Shown: positions 9,123 to 23,443 of the stretch, one piece after another
How positions within the stretch are numbered: the stretch's first letter is position 1
Layout: each line of letters starts with the position of its first letter
Origin: Obrimoposthia wandeli
Taxonomy: Eukaryota
Assembly (NCBI GenBank): GCA_977020255.1
Contig: CDROCS010001778.1
Span: 372,001 to 436,000, forward strand
Direction of reading: 5' to 3'
DNA: 64,000 bases
Notes under the pieces: model-generated
Told to the model about the DNA's origin: nothing
What the model saw: the letters and a program-made list of their open reading frames with translations, nothing else
Databases searched by the model: none
Translations under genes and position numbers: made by a program

Positions 9123-12100
9123 CTCTCCAGTAGATTTGCTACCGAAAAAGGACGCCTAGTCGTATGAAGAAGAAGCAACCAGATCATCCAACTCCACAAC
9201 CCCAAAAATTCCGGGAGATTTTGATAACAATACCTATGATGACTTTGTTAAATGTTTTTTTTAAAATATAATTTTTAAAATAATCAAATTTTTGATTTAT
9301 TTCTTTAGTTTATTATATTATTTTATAAATAGTATGATAGTTGAATACATATATATCTTAAAACGTTATAGGTAATACATCTATCCTCCGATTTACGCGA
9401 TGGATTGGTTCCTGAGAACCCTATGTAAATCGAAACTGTGTAAATGGGGACAAAGACAGTATAGAAAACATATGATTGGTTTCAATTTAATAAAAAACGT
9501 GTAAATCGAGATTTAAACCCCATTAAAACTAATATATTGGTTCAAAGAAAAGAGTGTAAATCGAGAAAAATCAAAAGGGAATTTATTTTAAAACCAAACA
9601 GTAATTGAAATAGTTTATGGGGACTTGGATCGATAATTGGCCAATTGGTAATCTTTTGAGATCTAGTCTTTGTCATAAAATCTGTAATCCGTAGTTGTGT
9701 TTCGATTTTTTGATAAATTTTTATATATTTTCTCATAATTGGCTACAACATGATTAAGCTCCCGTCGAAATTGAACAGAAAAATTCAATATCAGGATCAT
9801 GTTGTAGAAAATTATTTCCCATTTCCTTCCAAATTAAAGACCTGTGCGAATTATTTTTGTTGTAAGTACAACTGGTTCTTTCTCAACATTAATGTATCAA
9901 CCAGAATCGTTGTCTACGTTTATCATGTTAACCAAATCATCCTCATCTAGACCATGATCAACCATTAATTCTTCAATATTAACATTTGCAGATTCCTCAA
10001 TGCCTTCACCGCCCGATAACTATGCTAACACGCTTATTTGGGAATATTCGCCCACTATTAGTGCAACAGAATTGTGGATTTCAACCACTTCTGACAATAT
10101 TTTCTTCCAACATGCATTTAGAGGTGATAAATTTATTTCTGAATATATATAATGCTGCAAGCTGACCGCAATTTAAAATTATAAAACCTTTCCAATTATC
10201 AGTTACCTCATAGCCCATTTTACCCCAAAATGTATCGGAAGGTGTGACGTAAAGTGCTTTAAAAGTGGAAATTATTCCCTGATCTAAAGGCTGTATTAAA
10301 CATGTCATATTTGGTGGCAAAAATATAATCTGCACAATTTCATAATTCAAATCTTTTGGATGGTCGGGAGCATTATCCACAAGCAATATGACTTTATATG
10401 ACAGCTATTTTTCAGTCATATGCTTTTTGGCTTCAGGTACAAAACACTTATGAAACCATTCAGTGAAAACTGTTACAGTGACCCATGCCTTCTTGTTGGC
10501 CATCCAATGAATACGAAGGCTTTTCACTTTCATTACTTTAAATGCTCGTGGTGTTAACGATTTATTGATAACCAAGTGCTTTATTATACGATCTCCAGAT
10601 TACCACAGAACAAGAATGTTACACGATCTTTTGCAGCTTTATGCCCGCAAGCTACATTTTGAGATTTGGCTAAATACGTTAACTATGACATTTTTTCACA
10701 ATCAACCGGTCTCATCCGCATTAAACACCTGCTTGGGAGTGTAGGAATTGACCTAAATAGTTTGTGCAAGTTTTGCTGGATATCCTTTTGCAGCTTTTAA
10801 TTCACCGGATGCTAGTTCACCTTTTGTTATAAGATTATATAAAGTTTGATTGCGGTAGTATCGATAGGTATTCTTTTAGTGTTTGATATTCTATCCATAT
10901 CAGTAACGCTTTTTCCAAAGCTTAAATATTAATATACCTCACATGTGAAGAAGTTATCTTATTCGTATCAGAACCGGCTGCTACACTCTTTTTAATATTT
11001 ATTTCATTGTTTTAATCGTAGCTTCATTCATACGATATGATTTGGCAACCACTGTTGAACTCTCTCTACGTTGATCAAAAAAATATTTTTTTGTTTCCTA
11101 AGATTTAACTTTTTGTTTGAGTGTGTTTCCCACTTTCTTTTGACATTATGGTGTTCTAAAAAATTTCATATACATTTTATAAGAAAAAAATTAAAATCTT
11201 ACGTTTTATTACTTACTACTGTTATAAATTTTCTTAAAAAATATGAAGAAAAAAACCAAAACAACTATCACAGGACTGTCTTGAAATTAAACTGGAAACG
11301 TAGGACCACAGATTCTAATTAAACAAATTTAAAAAAACTATGCCTATTAGAATTATACATTTTCAAAAAATATGTAAACATAAACAAAACACAGTGTAAA
11401 AATATACCGTGCTAATCGAGCGATGGGGTGAATTATTCAATTGTTAGGATTAGGTTTTGACTAAAATTAAATAATTAATTGATTTTATAGTGAAATAAAA
11501 ATCCTTGAAAGCAAGGTTATAATTAAAATAAAAAATTATAGTAAAATTAAAATAATCAAAATTAGAAAGGTAAATTAAATATATTAAGGACCACGAAGGT
11601 CATGTGTGATGCGTAAGTATTTATAGAGGTTGAAATCTATTAAAAGGGCCCCAAAAAAGGGATTACGTTAAAGAAGTAAATTAAACGAAGAAGAACGTGA
11701 AAAAGAATTAACTCAATAATAAACAGTTAGACAAGGCCAGCTAGAGAATTCCAAATTAAGAAATTAGGAAAAGTCAACAAAGTCGATTCCAAAGAAGAGT
11801 GCACGCAGAACAAACGAAGCTAATTCCCAAGCAAACAAGAAGAATCCACTAGCGCCATTAGCAATCGATTCTTAGTCACCGAGCCAGCCGCCAGATCTCC
11901 TCAACTCCACAACTCGTTGGAGGTAAGTGGCACTTAACCTAAGTGACTTAGTTAAATTGTTATTTAGGTAACGTATAAAAACAGAGCGAAGGGAAAAGAA
12001 AGCGCACAACAACGAATTAATATTGAAAAGAGAGAAAATCGAAATACGCTCCCAGGAAAATCCCATCGTTGGCCAGCGGAGAATCACGTTCATAGCATCC

Positions 12101-12411
12101 CGAATTAGAAGAAAAGAAAAGTATTAAGTTAATTTTTGGAAATTGAAACTTAATAAAATCTCATCGCTAGGCAGTAGAGAGCGTCGAGTAACGGGAAGTT
12201 ACCTCAAATCAGAAGGGCCGTAAAGGAAATTCGATTCCCAAGTTCGATCGGAGTAACGGAAAGAAACGCCGAGACGGAACAGCAGCTGAAAACAAATCGG
12301 ATCAGACAACGTGAGGAGCCAAGACAGGAGACTCGAATCTAGATCTGGTGGACTAATCGCTATATTAGGAAGAGGTGAGAAGTAGTCAGGTGGAATCATA
12401 TAAGATCGAGT

Positions 12412-13026
12412 CTTGAATTATTATAACATAATTTTGCATTGACGTTTGAAAGTAATCTTATTGAACTTGAATTATTATAACATAATTTTGCATTGAATTT
12501 TGAAAGTAATACTTATTGAACTTGAATTATTATAACATAATTTTGCATTGAATTTCGAAAGTAATCTTATTGAACTTGAATTATTATAACATAATTTTGC
12601 ATTGAATTTCGAAAGTAATCTTATTGAACTTGAATTATTATAACATAATTTTGCATTTAAATTTCGAAAGTAATCTTATTGAACTTGAATTATTATAACA
12701 TAATTTTGCATTGAATTTCGAAAGTAATCTTATTGAACTTGAATTATTATAACATAATTTTGCATTGAATTTCGAAAGTAATCTTATTGAACTTGAAGTA
12801 TTATAACATAATTTTGCATTGAATTTTGAAAGTAATACTTATTGAACTTGAATTATTATAACATAATTTTGCATTGAATTTCGAAAGTAATCTTATTAAA
12901 CTTGAAGTATTATAACATAATTTTGCATTGAATTTCGAAAGTAATCTTATTTGAACTTGAATTATTACAACGTAATTTTGTATTGAATTTTGAAATTATT
13001 ACGAAATAATATTACATTAAATTTGA
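12412..13026. repeat. 54/55-bp minisatellite (~11 copies) inside LTR2
   Basis: Unit ttgaacttgaattattataacataattttgcattgaatttcgaaagtaatctta. Confidence 0.95.
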
Positions 13027-13397
13027 ACTATTGTGGAAGTACAAGAGAAGTTTTGATTTCGTACAAATTATAAACTACTAACAGTCTCTACAAATTAGAG
13101 CCAGTGTTTTTTTGTTGAAATTAATAATTTACTAAAAGCCTCTATAAATTAGAGCAAAATCTTGGTTCGTTATAGTTCTTAAGAAAAAGAAGTTGTCCGT
13201 TTTAAGTAAGGAAGTTGATCTAGCGAATTAGATTGAGATCAAAGAGTTTGATTTAGAAATCTCATTAAAACCACCCTTAAATTAAAATTGATACGTGGTT
13301 CATTCCCACTTGTGGAGAGACTTACAGAAGTCTTAGGAATTTTATTGTCATTTTTTAGAATACGTACTTAAACGTATTGTTTCGTGTTAGTCTAGTG

Positions 13398-15910
13398 CAG
13401 GGTTTCTCAACGGGGGCCACACGAGCCAAACAAAAATAAAAAATTAACACCCCTGTTTTCACTGGGTTAAACACTTTGATGGCTGCACACGTGTGCCACA
13501 AATAAATGTTTGACATGGAATAAAAACAGAGTATAGACTTCTAGATACATATGGACGCGACGCGTCAACTTATTGCGTGGGCGTACCAGCCCAATGAGGG
13601 CCGACGGTAAAACATCATAATATGCCTTTGCAAAAATATCATCGCGCTACAAAAGTTTGTGTGGCGGATGTGGCATGTGCATAATCATCATCCTGAGTAA
13701 TCTATGGACTAAAATCAGTAATTGTGTTGTGTCTCAGCGTGTGAAGAGAAGAGTGTCACACTTCATGTGTACATGCCCAAAATACGCTGCCATTGTAAAA
13801 TGCTACCTACCTAACTCACAAACGTGCACTTGTGTTTGTTTTGAATGAGTCAGTGGTTGATCTCTTTCTTCTTGTTTGTCATTCACCATATCTGAATGTA
13901 CACACATAGGACCTTGTTTTTCTAATTGTCTTTTTGCTCACGTTACCCTTGTAAACAATTTTCAATTCTGATTTTTAGTTGACAATGAGCAGCAAGAAAA
14001 GGTGCAGACAGTATAATTGTGATTATTTACGTTTCGGATTCATTGCAAGCCAAAGTAATTCTCAACTTCCTGAGTGTATTGTCTGTAACACTGTGCACTC
14101 CAATGACTCAATGCGACCATCAAAACTTGAGGCTCATCTCCAAAAGAAGCATCCTGACATTGCAACAAAACCGCGCGCATATTTTACTCAGCTTCGTGAT
14201 CAGAGGACAACAGCCTCAACCCAATTGCGAAAATTTGTGGTTCCTCAGAACTCTACTTCTGGCTTAACAGCATCATATAAAATTGCATATTTAATGGCGA
14301 AACAGGGTAGAGCGCATACACTGGCAGAGCAGTTGATTAAACCTGCTATCTTGGAAGCATTTAATGTTGCCAATGTATCAAATCCACAGTCAGTGCTCGC
14401 ATCGATTCCTCTCTCAAATGACACCATATCGCGACGTATTTCTGATATGGCTGCAAATGTGGAATTCATCATCACAAATGATCTTCACAATTCACAATTC
14501 TCATTGACGCTTGATGAAAGCACATTTTCGAACCAAGCGGTTGTTTTGGCATTTGTCCGTTTCGTCAAGGATAGACAACTCAAGGAAGAGTTGTTGTTTA
14601 TCAAAACTGTGGTAAACACGACAGGCGAATCTGTGTATAACACAGTCTGTAAGTACTTCGAGGATCATGGTATAGACAAGAAAAACATGATATCCATTTG
14701 CACTGATGGTGCCCCATCTATGGTGGGTAAAAAGCAAGGTGTTGTCGGTCGCTTTCTGCAAGACAGGACCATCTTTACAATGCACTGTGTACTTCACTGT
14801 GAGAATTTGGTCGCGAAAGACTTGGGCGGAACAACTTTGATGGATTGTCTTAAAATTGTTGTCTCAGCAATTAACAAAATAAAGGCAAGAGCTTTACAAG
14901 ACCGCCTTTTTCGTGAAGCTTGTCAAGATGAGCACTTTAAATGCTTGCTTTACTATACCGAGGTACGGTGGCTCTCGATGGAAAACTGTCTGTCGCGATT
15001 TGTCAATCTGACAGAGTTGTTGAATTCTTGAGCGAAAGAGATGCTAATCTCACAAACAAACTGATTGAAAGCAAAAGCACCATTTTATATCTGGAGGCAA
15101 TATTTGGAAAACTAAACGAGCTTAACATGGTTATGCAGTCACAAAATTTCAATATTGTTGATGCCAAGCGAATTATCAAATCATTTATGAACAAATTGAT
15201 CGTTTGGGCAGCAAGTATTCGTGCTGGTAACTTCAGTCATTTCCCAAAATTGGCCAACGATGTTTGCAATCCAGATTTGCGAGACATCATTTTAGTGCAC
15301 TTGGAAGTCCTGTATACAAACTTTCAGCTAAGATTTGAGGATTTAATTGTGTTGACTATTCCAGCATATATTGATTGTCTTCACGTCATGACAGTCGATC
15401 AAATCATCGATTTTCCTGAGAACATTCAAATGGAGTTATGTCAAGTTCTCAGAGATGACAAAATGATCAGCATGTCAAAGCAGAATTGGGTGGCAGCATG
15501 GCTGGAAAATTCAGAAATTTATCCGGAAATTTTCAAGAAGGTTTATCCCTTTATTGTTAATCTACCGACGTCGGTGTAAGCTGAGAAGGGGTTCTCAGTT
15601 GTCCTTCATTCGTTCGCAAAACAGCGGATGAATCTCAAGTTGTGTGACAATGCAGAAATCCGTTTACGACTTTCTGAAATTGCTCCAGATTTTACTACAC
15701 TTGTTGGCAAACGCCAAGCGCAAGGGTCACACTAACATTTTTTAAATATAGTTTTCTCATTGATTATCTTTTTGAATGTTTCCATGACAGAATAGTATAA
15801 TTGAAAACAATACGTATACGATGTAATCTTTTTGTCCATAGTAGAGGGGGGCCACAGCAATTTGCTGCAAACTAAAGGGGGCCGTGGTGAAAAAAGGTTG
15901 AGAAACCCTG
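13398..15910 (+). mobile_element. hAT (Buster-type) transposon, 2513 bp
   Basis: Perfect 14-bp TIRs CAGGGTTTCTCAAC. 8-bp TSD GTCTAGTG (13390-13397, 15911-15918) with central TA. Subterminal GGGGGCCAC motifs at both ends. Confidence 0.95.
13982..15735 (+). pseudogene. Buster/ZBED5-like hAT transposase with one frameshift and one premature stop
   Basis: BED-like finger (CIVC...MRPSKLEAHLQKKH), LTLDEST, ICTDGAPSM, HCVLHCENL and EVRWLS motifs, and C-terminal AEKGFS...RQAQGSH. Frameshift near 15000-15030 and TAA at 15577-15579. Confidence 0.9.
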
Positions 15911-16822
15911 GTCTAGTGTATTAATAAATAAACGATTTCCTACAACTAGAAGCATTGTTCTAAACCCTTCAGATTAAGATTAAAACAACAAACCTTTAGA
16001 TAAGAATTGAGACAGGCAACCATAACATTAAGTAGGCCACAACCATCCTTAAGTCCTGCTTCTATAGAACTCACGTTGGGGCCCTCCACATTCAAGAGGA
16101 TCTATAAGTTTCATATAAAAACCCCAACACAATTTAAGTCCCGTGTAAAAGTGAAAACGTGTAAAAATGTACTGTGTAAATCGGGAAATAGGTATATACA
16201 CAAAAAAGTACAATTTATCAATATTGATTTTAAATAGGCTTCATTTTATTTAAAGTAATATTTTCAAAATTCAAATGATTATTAAATATTTGTTTGTTTT
16301 GTTGTAGAACCATTTTTTACATATTTATAATAAAATAGCATATTAGGAATAATTATATTCATAATTCTAATTAAATATTTTATATAATTTCATGTAATGG
16401 AATTTTACTCGCTTACTTTAAAATTTATAAATTCTTTAATTATATATTAAAAAGAAAAAATTTTTAAATATTGGTAATATTAAATTTATTAATTTAAAAT
16501 AATGTCATTGCATTAAAAGTATTTCAGAAATTATATAAATAAGTTCAGCAATTAATTAATTTAATTATTTTCAAATAATGGAATTTGAATATATAAAGGA
16601 GCTGATAGCACAGATTAAGGAAAGTGTGATAAAAAAAGTTAGGAGACCTGCCTAAGAGGTTTTAAATCAGTAGTAAATTTTGATATGGTGAAGTACTGGG
16701 AAAATTAAAAACAAATGCATTTAGGATTTATTTTTTTGTTATTTATAAACGAATATTCTATTAATTTGAGGCTTTATTAATGAATGGAGATTATATTATA
16801 AATTAATTATGTGTTATGCAAG

Positions 16823-18824
16823 TGTTAGGATTAGGTTTTGTTAAAATTAAATAATTAGTTAAATTTATACTAAAATGAAAATCCTTGAAAAAAGGTTAAA
16901 ATTAAATAAAATTAAAATTAAAAATTAAAATGTAAAAAGTTAAAGGAAAATTGAATATTAGAGGACCACGAAGGTCGTGTGAAATGCGTTAATATATATA
17001 ATGTTAGTTTAAAAAAAAAAGGGCAAAAAATTAATTAATAAAAACCAAGGGAAATTAAGTAACGAAGAAATCCAGTCGACGTCAGCAAAAAAGGTAAGCA
17101 CATTTTAAGTGCCAATCGATTACCTACAGTTGCAGGAAATTAGCCAAGCCGAGAAGAAGTGATTGACAGTCTACGTCAACCCAGAAGAGAGAAATTGTCA
17201 ATTTGGACTCAGCCCACTTGTCCGCACACCGAGAAGAAAGAGACTATATAAGTCTACTAAATTAGTAATTAACAAACGGAAAAAACCAAACTAAAGAAAA
17301 AAGGAGCAGAAATCGCGTCAGAGCAACAACGCAGGTGGTTTTATTGAGACTAATCTACTATAGTCCACTAGAAATCGTTCCACAGAAAAGGACTCAACTA
17401 TTCTCCTGACAACCGTGATCGCTTACAACTATTCTCCTGACAACCGTGATCGCTTACAACTATTCTACTGACAACCGTGATCGCTTACAACTATTCTACT
17501 GACAACCGTGATCGCTTACAACTATTCTACTGACAACCGTGATCGCTTACAACTATTCTACTGACTACCCGTGATCGCTCACAGGAGATCCCATCAATTT
17601 AAATAGGTGAGAGTACGCGAAGTACATTTATAAAATTGTGTAAAATATTGGTGAGAGTACGCGAAGTACATTTATAAAATTGTGTAAAATATTGGTGAGA
17701 GTACGCAAAGTACATTTATAAAATTGTGTAAAATATTGGTGAGAGTACGCGAAGTACATTTATAAAATGGTGTAAAATATTGGTGAGAGTATGCAAAGTA
17801 CATTTATAAAATTGTGTAAAATATTGGTGAGAGTACGCAAAGTACATTTATAAAATTGTGTGAAATCATTTTGAATTTACTTACCATTTGAGTTTTTGAG
17901 AACTAAATTTTATTAAAAGAAAAAGTATAAATTTGACCGTTAAAGTTGAAATCATTTTGAATTTACTTACCATTTGAGTTTTTGAGAACTAAATTTGATT
18001 AAAAGAAAAAGTATAAATTTGACCGTTAAAGTTGAAATCATTTTGAATTTACTTACCATTTGAGTTTTTGAGAACTAAATTTGATTAAAAGAAAAAGTAT
18101 AAATTTGACCGTTAAAGTTGAAATCATTTTGAATTTACTTACCATTTGAGTTTTTGAGAACTAAATTTGATTAAAAGAAAAAGTATAAATTTGACCGTTA
18201 AAGTTGAAATCATTTTGAATTTACTTACCATTTGAGTTTTTGAGAACTAAATTTGATTAAAAGAAAAAGTATAAGTTGATTGTTAAAGTTAAAGATATTT
18301 TGAATTTACTTACAATTTGAGTTTTTGAGACGAAATTTGATTGAAAGAAAAAGTATAAATTTGATTGTTAAAGTATAGTTGTTTTACATTAACCCTATTT
18401 TAAAAACGTATTAAAAGTGAAATTGATTTGAAAAATCTATAACTTGAGCTTATTCGCGAGTTAGAGGAACGACTCTAAAATCTCGATTACCCTTAACATA
18501 AAATCGATACGTGGTTCATCCCCACTTGTGTAGAGACTTACAGAAGTCTTAGGAATTTTTACTATACTTTTTAGAAGATACGTACGTAAACGTTTAGTCT
18601 AGTGTGTTACCAATAAACGATTTCCTACATTAAAAAAAACGTTGTTTTACACCCTTCAGAGTAAGAGACATAAAAAACAAACACCTTCAGATAAGAAATT
18701 GAGACAGGCAACCATAACATTAAGTAGGCCACGACCAACTTTAAGACCTGCTTATATTCGAACTCACGTTGGGGCCCTCCGCACACAAGAGGATCTGTAC
18801 AAGTCTCGTATAGAAACCCCAACA
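16823..18824 (+). mobile_element. Solo LTR (LTR3, ~2.0 kb)
   Basis: TGTTAGGA...CCCCAACA termini. Flanks caag/aaag could be a 4-bp TSD with one mismatch. End blocks are homologous to LTR1 and LTR2. Confidence 0.88.
17396..18375. repeat. Three abutting tandem arrays in LTR3 (31-bp, 44-bp and 86-bp units, ~6 copies each)
   Basis: 17396-17582 aactattctcctgacaaccgtgatcgcttac; 17606-17861 ggtgagagtacgcgaagtacatttataaaattgtgtaaaatatt; 17862-18375 an 86-bp unit starting at 17862, 17948, 18034, 18120, 18206. Confidence 0.95.
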
Positions 18825-19779
18825 AAAGTATATAATGTTTTTAATCCTTTATACTATATATTTCATATATATATTTAGTTTAAGTCTTTAGATTCTAAAA
18901 AAATATTACTAATATATTTCTCATTGATCTATTTTATTAATTAAATGAAAATAAGAGGAAAACAATATTGGGAAATTTTTATTTTTTATGAAATATATTC
19001 TAAATGTATCATTGAAAAGGAAAAAAATAAAGTTTTAGATGAAATTAATTGCAAAAAATACAAGACATTGAAAGTTTATTTTCCAAAATTAATATTAAAC
19101 AAAATTAATTATTATGTCATAAATACACATTACCCTAACTGGTACGGCAACATTATCTAAATTCAAAATCCAACTTAAGTTGAAATTGCAGAATAGTGAA
19201 AGTTATTATTTTATTCGAGCAAAATTAAGTTGACCGATTCCATATGAACAATCAATACAAATTCTGTTACATATGTGCAAAACATATTAATGTAAGAAAA
19301 ATAAACTTCACAGATAATCTGAAATGCATGTTTTGGAATTATTTTGCAACCACTTATTCAAACTATGAAATTTCATATCTTTAAGCTGTCAAAGTTATTT
19401 CACAAAATATCATCTGAAATCCAATTTAGTAGACCTGCGATTTGGACGGAATGTTCAACTCATAATTTAAGAAAACAGATGTGAAATTTAGAAAGATGAT
19501 GTTTCTGCAGAATCATAAATACGATCTTTAATGAATAGTAATCAATTTCCATTGCATATGAATGAAATAGAAGGAAATATTTGATACAACTGTCGTTTTA
19601 GGTAAATGTATTTTACTAATTGGAAAGATAGAATTAATTCCTTAATTTTAGTATTTCTTGATATGGGATGCTAAAGAATTACTAGAAAAATAGATTAAAT
19701 TTTTAAACCCAAGGAAAAATTCCAAACGTTAATTATCTATTTACTTATTTTTTAATATTATTATGAAGTACATTTATAT

Positions 19780-20100
19780 GGTAAAAAACGAAATATAATA
19801 CCGTTTACCATCAATTGACAATATAAACTGTGAACGATAAAATTGATCTATTTATTCACAGATGTGTAGAAGTTTCTATAGTTCGATTAATAACTACAAA
19901 CACTCTAATGTAACCATTCAATATTTAGATTTACTGGCTGTATCTCCAGATTTTAATATAATAGAAAACATCTTAGGAATATTCTTAAGAATTTTTTATT
20001 CCAATAAGGTTTCCTATAATTTGATAACAGAATTGAAAGCAAATATAATCAATGAAAGGAAAAAATCAATGCAGAGGTAATAAATAACGAATGAATTCTT
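19780..20100 (+). pseudogene. Tc1-like transposase C-terminal relic
   Basis: LAVSPDFNIIENIL resembles the Tc1 WPxxSPDLNPIENLW motif. Heavily degraded. Confidence 0.4.
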
Positions 20101-23100
20101 TTCTGATCGTTGTTGTGATGATTTGTGTTTTAAGGGTTCTTTAATAAATAAAATAGCAGTTTCAGTTTTTCTTTCAACTAAAATTTGAAAGCGCCCTAAA
20201 GATGTTAATCACTAATAAATGTCATATTTTAATAAAATCTAAAATTAAGGTTAACGAAACATGATTATATAAAATATTTATATACCTGAGGTAGTTGATT
20301 TGATACAAAAATGTCATAAATACGGGTATTTTCAATAGTTCGTGGTTTAATTAGTAGTCAATAATCCAATGTGCTGAGTTTTAGAGTGTATGAGGTGATA
20401 AAGTATGTTCCTCAATAACATTAGTTGAGACCATTTTTAGGATATTCAACATTTCATAAGATTTAACACAAGTGATTAGATATGTCGACTGGAAACAGAC
20501 AAATTTGCTTTGGTAACTGAATTATGTGCACAAATAACAGATTACTATAAGAAATCATATTATCCTAAGGATATACTCACAATTCATAGCAAAAGCAGAT
20601 TTCTTTTTTTTGTTAATGTAAAATAGAAGAAGTTTCTTATATTGACTGTAAAAATAATAATAATTCCAATACGCATAATTAGTTGTGATGAAATGCACAT
20701 CCAGAGGCGCATCCAGAGGCGCATCCAGGAGGAAGATTTCAAATGGTTAAGCCCTGTTCACCATAACCGAAAATATAATATATACTAATAATCCACGTAA
20801 CAAAGGTTATGGACCCATTGGATTCTGAGATAACCCTCATATAATATCTGTGCAGATATATAAACACTGTAATGAAAAAATTTCCCAATTTTAAAAAAAA
20901 TCCTAAAAGGAAACTGTAGACGGTATTACATAGTCAATAAAAAGAAAATATGGGGTTGATATTGTGAAAGAATGATGCTCAATCATTCAACCAAAGCTAC
21001 TTTACAATTGGCAATTCTGGTATTCTATATAATGGAGTTGATACATATGTAAATAGTGCTTGTATTTTAAAAATGAAGTAATTTCATCATTAACTGGCAA
21101 AGTTTAATAGAAATTTTGATAGAGGAAATGATAACTGAATATAACTTAGCAGAAATCATGTACCAAAACTTTTTTTTAATATAATTTAAATTTAAAAAAT
21201 AAATTGTTATAAAAATGTTTTAGAATTAATTGAAATATATAAAATAAATTGAATTTATTTAATCATCTTTAAATTATAACTGTAATTAGATCAATTATTT
21301 AGTGTAAAAGATAAAGTTAATCAAACATTGTTATTTGTTTTAATATAATACATTTACTTTTGTGTATAATTTGTGTATTTATAACTTAAATATTTTTTCG
21401 GTTGAATTTAGGAATTTAGGAACGATTTGAAAATTTTGTGTTTTAAATTAAAATTGTTTTTTAATCTTTTTGGAACAGTTCTAAAATTATAGCTAAAATT
21501 CTTTGAGATTGTTAAAATGGACTTAGGTATGGTGACATTTAATTATAAAATTAAAAATGCTTTTTAACTAATTAATAAACAGCCTTTAAATTGCCAAGTT
21601 TCTTTTACGAGAATAAAGATTATTTGGAAAAAGGAAATACTAATGGTAATGCTTGGAAAGCTCCCGAAAATTCAACAAATTTGGATTTGTACTTTTAATC
21701 TAAAATAGCATTTTAATGTTTTATCAGAAATTTCGAAAATATTGATGAATTCTCAATACACAAAAGATCTAAACATTGAAATTCGGCTGTTTTTTTATTT
21801 TCATAATGAAATTTGTAATTTTATAAGATCATAAGTTGAAAATTTAAGAATAAAATAGCTGAAAATATTTTTTGAATCAAGGAAACCACAATATTTTAAT
21901 ATTTTTCAGTACAACAAAGATTATTTTCAATTATCCGAAAAATGTTGTTAAAGTCGATATTATGAAAATTAATTTTCGTAGTTATAAAAATAGAAAAATT
22001 AATTAACTTTAATACAACTCCACCAAATATCTAGCTTTTATCATTTTCTAGACACTATTGTCACACAATAAGGTCTTTCTTGCTTTATTGTAGAGTCCAG
22101 TCAGTGGTGGACTTGCCGAAATGCCACTCATCTCAATAAACAATTTAGTTTGATTAGCCATAGTCAATATTATTACGGGAATCTAATTTTAAAGAAAATA
22201 ATACAAAATATACACTTCTCAAACTTTCTATGAACCATTTAAATTATCAAAATGAACTGTTATTTAGCATTACTTGAAATAGGTGTAATATGTACAATAG
22301 AAACGAAAAATCCTAGAAGGGTAAAAAAAATTTCAGACCCGCTCTGATATTATGAGCCACTGATTCCAGTTGTGAGTTGCGGAGCAGTTACCAAAGCTTC
22401 CAACTTACTCTCTGAATTGAATGAAACCTTAAATATTTAATACACAAAGTCATTGAACATATCTTTAACAACACATTTGTGTCTGTGATCGAATAATACA
22501 ATTTTTATTTTCTTACTTTCGAGTTGTTTTATAAACAAAAAATTATTCTTTGAAAGTAGGAGACAATTCAATATATGGCAAAACTGTTTGTATTTTGATA
22601 ATTAAGTTTTTTAATAATATCTCAAAAAGTACGAACGTAATTATTATATATCTTTCAAAATGTACATGCTGTCAGTTACGATAGGTTCTAATGATTCGAG
22701 ACTATCTTTGGTACACCGTACAATTTTATATTGAACAAATTTCAGATAGATTATTGAACAGCATATAAATAGCATTTTATATTGAAGTGACAATCTTATC
22801 AATATATACATCGCTAAAAAACAGTTTGTGATTCTAAACATAAAAAGGAAATATATTTCCAGTATCATCGATGTAGGCATAGGAATGACGTTGAGAGACT
22901 TGCAAACACACTAAAGCCAGTTACTTTGAACTGACTTTTCTTTGATTTGTCAGCTTTACATTCTACTGTCGTTTAATGGACAACTGAATATTTACTTCGT
23001 TGACACTAGGAAATTAGAATAATTACGAATACTTTTCTTCGGTAATGTTATAATGTTATTACCTAATACAATTACTGATCACTTGAAAATAATCTGAAAA

Positions 23101-23443
23101 CGAGCAACATGAAAGTTTTCAAATTATTTTAAGGTATATTTGTGCCTCCTGATTACGATAAAAATAATTATACTGCACCATATATCCCAAAAAATAATTA
23201 CTTTTGATTTTATGTCGATTAATGGAATTTAAATACGTTTTTTAATTAAATTATCATTGTAATTTGTAAAATTTTTATATCTGATTTAGATACCGAAGAG
23301 ATCATCGTCAGAAAAATGACATTATGGATATAAATTATTAAATTCCGATTCCTAGAGAAGCCTTATTAATTTGAACCTTTCTAAACAACAAGCTGAAATA
23401 CCTGTCTCACGTTTGCCACAATGGAATCTATCATAAACCAGTA

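Larger units (their letters stand above)
11442..16129 (+). mobile_element. Solo LTR (LTR2) with 4-bp TSD CAAT, containing a hAT insertion
   Basis: TGTTAGGA...CCCCAACA termini, with caat at 11438-11441 and 16130-16133. End blocks are homologous to LTR1 and LTR3. Confidence 0.9.
9378..16192 (-). mobile_element. pogo/Tigger DNA transposon relic interrupted by LTR2
   Basis: DDE_1 motifs LVDNAPDHP...FLPPNMTCLIQPLDQGII (10081-10386) and upstream KAWVTVTVFTEWF. Imperfect TIRs (catctatcctccgatttacgc / rc cctatttcccgatttacac) flanked by TA. The right end resumes after the LTR at 16134. Confidence 0.75.

Noticed and set aside
9150-9235. Short similarity to the LTR2 interior (ccagatc..caactccacaac)
   Set aside because: Too short to define an element by eye.
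11588-11610. Hammerhead ribozyme or Penelope pseudo-LTR at GGACCACGAAGGTC
   Set aside because: No CTGANGA core. TG..CA ends, 4-bp TSD, PBS and gag indicate an ordinary LTR class.
20700-20730. Duplicated ccagaggcgcat 12-mer as a transposon end
   Set aside because: No matching inverted end or TSD found.
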